From an uncultured Pelagibacteraceae bacterium (lineage in GTDB: Bacteria > Pseudomonadota > Alphaproteobacteria > Pelagibacterales > Pelagibacteraceae), in the NCBI GenBank assembly GCA_902539745.1, contig CACBKA010000005.1, positions 10,957 to 74,956 of the forward strand: a stretch of 64,000 nt of DNA, written 5' to 3'. Under the pieces are notes generated by a model that was not told the DNA's origin, did no database searches, and saw nothing but the letters and a program-made list of their open reading frames with translations. Both the position numbers and the translations under genes were made by a program. Shown piece after piece: positions 57,873 through 64,000 of the stretch (position 1 is the stretch's first letter; each line of letters starts with the position of its first letter).

Positions 57873-58864
57873 TTTTTATCCTTTTTTAATTGATCAAAAA
57901 TTATTTCACTTCCTGCTGAAGTGAATTTAAACGGAATATTAATTAGTTTATAATTTTTTTTAAAAAATTTTTTTCTTTGATCTTGTCTCATGTACATAAG
58001 TAAAAAACCACCACCGCCTGCACCTAACAATTTACCTCCTAAAGCTCCAAATCTAATTGCATCATCATAAATATCATTTATTTTTGAATTTGTAATTAAA
58101 CTACTAAGAGCCTTTTTTTCCATCCAAGCATCATTTAAAAGTCTTCCAAAATCATCAATATTACCATATTTTAAAATACGTTCACCTTCTTTAACGTAAT
58201 TTAATATTTTACTAATATGTTCTTTCTTAATCGTTGTAAGTTTACTTACATATTGATTTGCTATTTTATGAGCAGTTCTATTAATGCCTGTGTAAATTAA
58301 AACAAGATTTTCATTTAATTTTTTTATATTTTTTTTTGAAGAAACTCTTTTAACATTAATAGAATTATTTTTATTAAATAGAATCTTATTAAAACCACCA
58401 TAAGAAGCTGAGGTCTGATCTTGTGAGCCCACCACTTCTCTCATTATATTTTGTTCAAAATTAATACTATTTTTTGCTAACTCAGCTCTAGTTAATTTAA
58501 TATTTTTAATTTTATATAAAGCCTGCATCAGTCCAACAGTGAAAGATGAGCTAGAACCCATTCCGCTTCTTGCAGGTAAATCACCATAATAATGGATTTC
58601 TAATCCTTCTTTAATATTTAGATGTTTTAGTAGATATCTTACAGCTTTGTGATTTATTTCATTAATTTTTTTTACATTCTCAATTTTTCTCCATACTATT
58701 CTATATTTTTGTTTAAAATAACCTGGTGAGAAACGACAAGTAATATAAATATGCTTATCAATTGTAGAAGATAATACAGCACCTCCATTTTTTTTATACC
58801 ATGAGGGATAATCACTACCGCCTCCAAAAAATGATATTCGATACGGTGTTTTTGTAATAATCAT
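57869..58864 (-). CDS. GHMP kinase of the heptose 7-phosphate kinase (HddA) type
   Basis: N-terminus TKTPYRISFFGGGSDYPSWY and GHMP loop PARSGMGSSSSF. 331 aa. Confidence 0.75.
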   Translation of the reverse strand: MIITKTPYRISFFGGGSDYPSWYKKNGGAVLSSTIDKHIYITCRFSPGYFKQKYRIVWRKIENVKKINEINHKAVRYLLKHLNIKEGLEIHYYGDLPARSGMGSSSSFTVGLMQALYKIKNIKLTRAELAKNSINFEQNIMREVVGSQDQTSASYGGFNKILFNKNNSINVKRVSSKKNIKKLNENLVLIYTGINRTAHKIANQYVSKLTTIKKEHISKILNYVKEGERILKYGNIDDFGRLLNDAWMEKKALSSLITNSKINDIYDDAIRFGALGGKLLGAGGGGFLLMYMRQDQRKKFFKKNYKLINIPFKFTSAGSEIIFDQLKKDKK

Positions 58865-58867
58865 ATT

Positions 58868-59404
58868 TTACTTTTCGCTATAATAATCTCCATACTCAAC
58901 TAGAATTGTACTTTTCCCATCTTTCCTCTCAATTGCTTTTTTGTATGATGTAAATATATCTGATGGTTCCTCAAGTCTTATGATTTCTACTGTGCTTAAA
59001 ACTTTTTGAAATGCTTCCGTAAAATCTCCAATGTGTTGGTGTTGAGGATGTAAGGGCCTTTGTGAACCGATTGATGTTCTTATAATTACTTTGGTTTTAA
59101 ATTTGCCTTGTGACATTATACTAAATTTATCTAAATGACTAACTAACTGATTTGTAGCAAGTAAAAGAAAATTCCATCTTGGAAATATACTTATAGGAAT
59201 ATGTCCGTTTAAAGCTAATCCATTGCTTATTCCTAATTGCATTTCTTCTGCGACAGGTAATTCATAGAGTTTACTTTTTGGTATACTTTTTAAAGTGTTT
59301 GTCATTGCAGTGCCTGGGTATGCAACTGCTTGTCCAAGAAATATAGTTCTTGGATCTTTACTCAGATAAATCATTGATTTAGTTAATTCCTCGGCGTATT
59401 TCAT
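58868..59404 (-). CDS. Minimal E1-beta/transketolase Pyr-domain protein
   Basis: 178 aa. ELPVAEEMQLGISNGLALNG matches the E1-beta Pyr-domain Glu context. The C-terminal domain found in E1-beta is absent. Confidence 0.55.
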   Translation of the reverse strand: MKYAEELTKSMIYLSKDPRTIFLGQAVAYPGTAMTNTLKSIPKSKLYELPVAEEMQLGISNGLALNGHIPISIFPRWNFLLLATNQLVSHLDKFSIMSQGKFKTKVIIRTSIGSQRPLHPQHQHIGDFTEAFQKVLSTVEIIRLEEPSDIFTSYKKAIERKDGKSTILVEYGDYYSEK

Positions 59405-59407
59405 AAA

Positions 59408-60010
59408 TTAAAATTGTATCCTTTTCCCTGCACCAGCATGTGGCCACTTAGACTTATAGCTGTAAAAAGTGACAAATTTATCATTAGAACCCTCAAAACT
59501 TAAATTTTTTTGCTGCCATGTTTTTCTAGTGTCTGTACAAACAGATAATGAATTATCCTCTATAACAAAATGAATTGGTAAATCAAAATTTCTACTGTAT
59601 TTAATACACTCATGGGCTATACCTGTTTCAGATGTCATCTCTCCCATAAAACAATAAACCATTGCGCTTTTTTCTTTTCTAAGCTTCAAAGACATTGCTG
59701 TACCTACTGCTATAGGAATAGAGCCTCCAACTAATGCTGATGAGTATATTTTGTACTCAGGAAAACACAAAGATATGGATCTGCCTGATAAAATTTCATT
59801 TTTAACTTCTTCTTTTGGAACACCTTTGAGAAGACATTGATAATGTGATCTCCAACTACAAAAAACCCAATCTTGCTTGTTAATTTTTTTAAAAATTTCT
59901 ATTATTTTATCTTCATTACCTTGATAAAGATGAACTGGAGCTCTTATTTTACCTTGATTAAATAAAGATGCAATTTCCTCCTCAAAGTTTATTAAGTCCT
60001 TTTTATTCAT
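59408..60010 (-). CDS. Minimal E1-alpha-like ThDP (PP-domain) protein
   Basis: 200 aa. FEEEIASLF..VHLYQGNE, and a ThDP motif variant GEMTSETG..(x)..VIEDNSLSV. Shares the C-terminal W-x-H-[AS]-G-A-G motif with the 279-aa paralogue. Confidence 0.55.
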   Translation of the reverse strand: MNKKDLINFEEEIASLFNQGKIRAPVHLYQGNEDKIIEIFKKINKQDWVFCSWRSHYQCLLKGVPKEEVKNEILSGRSISLCFPEYKIYSSALVGGSIPIAVGTAMSLKLRKEKSAMVYCFMGEMTSETGIAHECIKYSRNFDLPIHFVIEDNSLSVCTDTRKTWQQKNLSFEGSNDKFVTFYSYKSKWPHAGAGKRIQF

Positions 60011-60011
60011 T

Positions 60012-60929
60012 TTATACTCTTTTTTTTATTTTTATTTGTTTAATTTTATTTATTATTTCTAAAGCTGAGGGCGGAAAATTGCTAGTTTCAAGTGTATATC
60101 CCGCAGACTTATCTTTTAATCCTAAAACATAAACTTTTTTATTGGTCTGCTCATTTATTTTATGAGCTAAAGTTCTAATTATACCATCAACATAATCATT
60201 ATCAGTCATAAGAACTCCATATTTAGAGCTTTTAATCATGCTTATCCATTTTTTTTTCAAGACAAAGGGTTTTAATTCATATAAATGAATTATCCCAACC
60301 TTATAGCCATTGTTATTTAAATAATTTTTTGCTTTTTCTGCCTCGAAACGAGTTACTGATATTGGCATTAAAATTATATCAAGATTCTTTTTTATAGAAT
60401 TTTTGAACTCTATTTTATTTTCATAACTTTTTCTATGTTCTGAGACATAAAAAACATCGTCTGACTTCATAAATTTTTTATAAGTTTTAGTGTATTCATT
60501 TTTAGTCATGGGAGAATAAATTTTGATCCCAGGCATTTTGTAAAAGATTGATATATGGCTTGATGTAGAAACTGGACCTAAGCCACCTTCACTTGAAAGA
60601 CCTCTAATAAACATTGGTGCGGGCTTGTTCCAAATTTCTTTAGACTTACATGCGTAATTAACAATAAAAATACAATTTAACCAGTTATATCCTTGATATC
60701 TTATTATATAGAACGGTCTCCTCCCAACTAATGCCGCACCAGTAACCATTCCGCCGTTAGCAACGTCGGCCATTGGTAGCTCTATCACGCCATCTTTCTC
60801 ATAAAGTTTTGGTAAGGTTCCGGCTACCCAACCAACACCTGTTAGGTTTTGTCCAAAAACCTGACCTTTAAATTTTTTTAAGTGTTTAAAGGTTATTTGT
60901 TTTATTACTTCTCTAAGCGTTGTTTCCAT
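60012..60929 (-). CDS. E1-beta-like ThDP enzyme subunit (Pyr plus C-terminal domains)
   Basis: 305 aa. IELPMADVANGGMVTGAALVG and PGIKIYSPMT pattern. Confidence 0.7.
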   Translation of the reverse strand: METTLREVIKQITFKHLKKFKGQVFGQNLTGVGWVAGTLPKLYEKDGVIELPMADVANGGMVTGAALVGRRPFYIIRYQGYNWLNCIFIVNYACKSKEIWNKPAPMFIRGLSSEGGLGPVSTSSHISIFYKMPGIKIYSPMTKNEYTKTYKKFMKSDDVFYVSEHRKSYENKIEFKNSIKKNLDIILMPISVTRFEAEKAKNYLNNNGYKVGIIHLYELKPFVLKKKWISMIKSSKYGVLMTDNDYVDGIIRTLAHKINEQTNKKVYVLGLKDKSAGYTLETSNFPPSALEIINKIKQIKIKKRV

Positions 60930-61744
60930 AAATTTTCAATCTTTTTTTTTATATTTCTATGAATTTTTTCTGCTTTTTTTCCTAAAAATTTTTTTTCTAA
61001 TGTTAGTCTATCTCCTTTTACTTCTTCATCTACACCTGCACCCGAATGCCAGAAAAGTCTCTTAGTATTTACATTTATAAAAATTGGTTTTTTAAACAAG
61101 TTTTTTTTTAGTACTGAAAAAATATTTTTGGGTTGGTCATCAATATCGTAAGATTCTAATTTAAACGCTTTTGCAACATCCTTAGCTTTCCAATCTCTTC
61201 TGTCCTTCTTTTTAGTTAACACGGCATAATTATTATCCTCTACTACAAAAAGTATAGGTAATTCCTTTTTGGCTGCCCAACTTAATGAGGCTAAAACATA
61301 GTCTTCCTCGACAGATGCATCACCTAAGAAGACGATAGTAGGTTTTGCAGATGAAAAACATGCTCCAACACCCATACATGCATTGCTTCCCATTAATCCC
61401 TCATGACCAAACATGTTAATTTTATTTGAATTTATTGATAATGATCCGCCCATACCTCGTGTACATCCAGTTTTTTTTCCCAAAAGTTCGTCAATTAGTT
61501 CTACAATATTTCCTCCAAAAGAAAGATATATCGAGTGTCCTCTATGCTGCCCAAAGATAAGAGGTTTTTGTTTTTTATCTTTTACTATCTGAGCTATTGA
61601 TGATGGAACATATTCTTGTCCGGCTGATAGATAAACTGGAAAATTGATAATTTTTTCATTAACTCTTTTAAAAACCTCATTTTCAAAATTTCTGCACAAA
61701 GAAGCCTTTTCAAATGTTTTTAAACGATAATTTTTGTATGACAA
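60905..61744 (-). CDS. E1-alpha-like ThDP enzyme subunit
   Basis: 279 aa. RNFENEVF, SAGQE, GMGGSLS, and the ThDP motif GDASVEEDYVLASLSWAAKKELPILFVVEDNNYAV. Confidence 0.7.
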   Translation of the reverse strand: MSYKNYRLKTFEKASLCRNFENEVFKRVNEKIINFPVYLSAGQEYVPSSIAQIVKDKKQKPLIFGQHRGHSIYLSFGGNIVELIDELLGKKTGCTRGMGGSLSINSNKINMFGHEGLMGSNACMGVGACFSSAKPTIVFLGDASVEEDYVLASLSWAAKKELPILFVVEDNNYAVLTKKKDRRDWKAKDVAKAFKLESYDIDDQPKNIFSVLKKNLFKKPIFINVNTKRLFWHSGAGVDEEVKGDRLTLEKKFLGKKAEKIHRNIKKKIENLWKQRLEK

Positions 61745-61745
61745 T

Positions 61746-63266
61746 TTAGTCTCCCAGTAGTTTTCTTTTTAGTTTAATCTTAGTTGTGCTTTTAATATTA
61801 TCTACTGCGTTTTGACCAAATTTTTCTTTTATTAAATTTAAATATTTCTCATTAGTATGGTATTTCATCCAAGCTTCATCTCTAAATTTAAGTATTTGAC
61901 TAGCAGAAAGTTTCGTAGTTGACAAATTTTGTGTATCGTATGAATGTTGACTATATCCTGAATAAGTCGATGGAAGTTCAATTCCATTTTTTCGAGCCTC
62001 TAAGAAAAGAGGACTACCAGGATATGCCATCGCAGAATAAAAGTTTACCATCTCTGAATTTGTTTCTTCAGCAAAGTCATATGTAAATTTTAAACTTTTC
62101 TCTGTATCCTCTGGCAAGCCAAAAATATAATTGGCAGCGACATTTATTCCAGAGTCTCTAATTCCATTTATAACATCTATGATTTTAACTTCTTTATATG
62201 AGTCTTTGTGAACCTCTTTTCTTAAAACGGTATCTGGATTTTCTATTCCAAGACCTAGCCAATTAACTCCCGCTTTTTTTAGTTTTTCTAAATATTGTGG
62301 CTTGCAAGTATCAATTCTTGAGTAAGCCCAAATATTAAAACCATAATTTCTCTCAATTAATAAATCACATATCTTCATAAAATGGTTTGGATTAAGTACA
62401 AAAAGTTCATCTGCGATTTTTACATTTTTAACTCCTTGCTTTGCAATATAATCGAACTGTTTAATTATAAATTCTGGTGACCACCATCTAAAAATATTCG
62501 AGTTTTGAGATGAAATGTTTTCATCATTGTTAGTTCTATTAATTATATTTATCATACAAAATGAGCATTTGTATGGACACCCCAGACTTGTATATAAAGC
62601 TGCGAAAGGTTGTTTGTCAGAATTATTTGACCAAGAATGCCATCCTGCAGTCCTATATTCGGATAACTTGGGTAACAAATCCCAGGCTATTCCTGGTAAA
62701 TCATTTTCTAAAAGTTTTTTTGGTACTACTATTTCTGGTTCGTTTAAAATAATTTGGTTTTCATTATTTCTAAAACCTATTCCTTTAATTTTTTTTAGAT
62801 AAGACTCTTCATTTAAATTATCAGCACTCAATAAATTTGATATTGAGTATACTCCTTCATTTAATGCAACGAAATCAATACTAGATTCATTTAGTAAAGT
62901 TTCTCTAGGTAAGGCAGCAACATGACCTCCAACAAATAAAGTTTTAATTTCATTATTTAATTTTTTTAATTCTATGGAGGTTTTTGTAGCTCCCTCCATA
63001 TTTTGAGATGAAGCTGAGGGTTGTTGCCCATAGACTACAAAACAAGCAATTTTTGGTTTAAGATTATTTATTTCTTTAGCACTTTTTTCATAATCGAGTT
63101 TACTAACTTCGCAATCCAAAATTGCTGTTTTAAAATTATTAGACCTACAGTGGTTTGCTAACATTCCTGCCCATATAGGCGGCTCATATGCAGAATGGTC
63201 TTTGCTAAGTTCTTGATAAATTTTTTTAGATGCGTTTGGGTGAATAAATAAAATATCTAGGCTCAT
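61746..63266 (-). CDS. B12-binding-domain radical SAM enzyme (class B, methyltransferase-like)
   Basis: N-terminal Rossmann-like cobalamin-domain pattern (ILFIHPN...FVGGHVAALP) followed by the CxxxCxxC motif in LGCPYKCSFCM. 506 aa. Confidence 0.8.
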   Translation of the reverse strand: MSLDILFIHPNASKKIYQELSKDHSAYEPPIWAGMLANHCRSNNFKTAILDCEVSKLDYEKSAKEINNLKPKIACFVVYGQQPSASSQNMEGATKTSIELKKLNNEIKTLFVGGHVAALPRETLLNESSIDFVALNEGVYSISNLLSADNLNEESYLKKIKGIGFRNNENQIILNEPEIVVPKKLLENDLPGIAWDLLPKLSEYRTAGWHSWSNNSDKQPFAALYTSLGCPYKCSFCMINIINRTNNDENISSQNSNIFRWWSPEFIIKQFDYIAKQGVKNVKIADELFVLNPNHFMKICDLLIERNYGFNIWAYSRIDTCKPQYLEKLKKAGVNWLGLGIENPDTVLRKEVHKDSYKEVKIIDVINGIRDSGINVAANYIFGLPEDTEKSLKFTYDFAEETNSEMVNFYSAMAYPGSPLFLEARKNGIELPSTYSGYSQHSYDTQNLSTTKLSASQILKFRDEAWMKYHTNEKYLNLIKEKFGQNAVDNIKSTTKIKLKRKLLGD

Positions 63267-63271
63267 GAAAA

Positions 63272-64000
63272 TTAATAGTCTTTAAAAGCATCGTATATCT
63301 TTTGTCTAGGATCCGTAATAACCTCAATAAAAAGAGGTTTGTTATTTTTCATTATTTTTTTCAAGTCGTTATCTATTTCTTTGAAGTTATGTATCAAATA
63401 ATGGTCTAAATCAAATGCTTTTGCAATATTTTTGAAATTAAGTGTGCCTGTTCCGGTATCTTCTGGATTATCTAGTCTTCTTCCTTTGAAAAATGTATCG
63501 GCCCAATTATGCATAGATACGTAACCACCATTGTTAATAACAAATAATTTAATGTTAAACTTGTTGTGAGAAATTGTTTTAAGTTCCTGGATATTTAATT
63601 CTAGTGATCCGTCACCTGTCACTGCTAAAACTCGAGATCTTGGAGCTGCAACTGCTGCTCCAATCGCCAGAGGAACAGATAGACCCATAGCTGCATTAGA
63701 TACTGAAGTGATTTCCTTTGTTCCTTTTTCAAAAGTCCAAACTTGTCCACCGATATAATAATTTGAACCAGCATCTGTTACTAAAATATCATTTTTTTTT
63801 GCAATTTTTCCAAGTTTTTGCATAAAAAAATATAAATCAATTGGATTTTTTTGTTTTAATTTTGAGGGAATAATTGGTTTATTCTTTTTATTATTTAAAC
63901 AAAAATTTATCCAACTATTGTAGCTGGGAAATTTAGAAACTTTTGTCATTTTATTTAAAATCGGTAAAAAGTTTTTCAAGTCATAATTAAATCTATAATT
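63272..64000 (-). CDS. Acetolactate-synthase-family (YerE/IlvB-like) ThDP enzyme, C-terminal part; gene continues past the window end
   Basis: ThDP motif VTGDGSLELNIQELKTISHNKFNIKLFVINNGGY. The frame stays open from 63979 to 64000 (NYRFNYD upstream of the track's TTG start). Confidence 0.8.
   Translation of the reverse strand, partial: NYRFNYDLKNFLPILNKMTKVSKFPSYNSWINFCLNNKKNKPIIPSKLKQKNPIDLYFFMQKLGKIAKKNDILVTDAGSNYYIGGQVWTFEKGTKEITSVSNAAMGLSVPLAIGAAVAAPRSRVLAVTGDGSLELNIQELKTISHNKFNIKLFVINNGGYVSMHNWADTFFKGRRLDNPEDTGTGTLNFKNIAKAFDLDHYLIHNFKEIDNDLKKIMKNNKPLFIEVITDPRQKIYDAFKDY

Noticed and set aside
58868-61744. Reading the E1 alpha/beta-like genes as an ordinary pyruvate, acetoin or branched-chain 2-oxoacid dehydrogenase complex
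   Set aside because: No E2 (lipoyl acyltransferase) or E3 genes are adjacent. Three of the four subunits are markedly shorter than the dehydrogenase E1 subunits I know. The genes are embedded, with translational coupling, between sugar-modifying enzymes. The upstream continuation is unseen, so this is not fully excluded.
63272-63979. Track annotation of a complete 235-aa protein starting at TTG 63979
   Set aside because: The frame is open to the end of the window, and the sequence corresponds to only the C-terminal third of an ALS-family enzyme. It is treated as a partial CDS.
1-64000. Search by eye for tRNA/rRNA genes, CRISPR repeats, IS elements, integrases, toxin-antitoxin pairs, restriction-modification or other defence-system genes
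   Set aside because: None found. The longest non-coding stretch is about 180 bp. No ORF shows transposase, recombinase, nuclease-helicase, Cas or methylase-endonuclease hallmarks. No direct repeat arrays were seen.

Overview
This is a very AT-rich, extremely gene-dense bacterial chromosome segment with about 70 CDS and almost no intergenic DNA. All 12 convergent gene pairs overlap or lie within 7 nt of each other. Gene content and order (purB-purC-purS-purQ-purL-bolA-grxD, rpsD, cysS, nadE, class II DAHP synthase, glmU'-glmS, prpBC, nrdAB, dusA, rpoZ) plus the streamlining suggest a SAR11/Pelagibacterales-like alphaproteobacterium. That assignment is inference; no database search was possible. 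I found no rRNA, tRNA, CRISPR array, transposase, integrase or phage genes. All functional calls rest on motifs I recognise in the supplied translations, not on searches.

Layout:
- 0.2-2 kb: TRAP transporter QM genes.
- 2-7.7 kb: a co-directional string mixing a sulfatase/phosphonate-monoester-hydrolase-like enzyme, pirin, and GT8-like and GT17-like glycosyltransferases.
- 7.7-39.5 kb: housekeeping core.
- 40-42.5 kb: GT4/GT9 genes.
- 42.5-49.5 kb: a SAM/polyamine/MTA-salvage neighbourhood. It holds a SpeD-SpeE fusion, a class II aldolase-SDR fusion and an mtnP-mtnA operon that continues into a crotonase and a CoA-binding protein instead of mtnBCD.
- 49.5-64 kb: a still more AT-rich glycan-biosynthesis island.

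The most unusual element is a tightly coupled minus-strand operon running from 55.3 kb to beyond the window end. It combines three kinds of ThDP-dependent C-C enzymes (an ALS/YerE-like enzyme plus two E1 alpha/beta-like pairs), a B12-binding radical SAM enzyme, a heptose-type GHMP kinase, a ColD/E1-type PLP 3-dehydratase (His replacing the Schiff-base Lys), an RmlC-like epimerase and an SDR. I interpret it as a candidate pathway for an undescribed branched-chain, C-methylated deoxy-heptose-type surface sugar.
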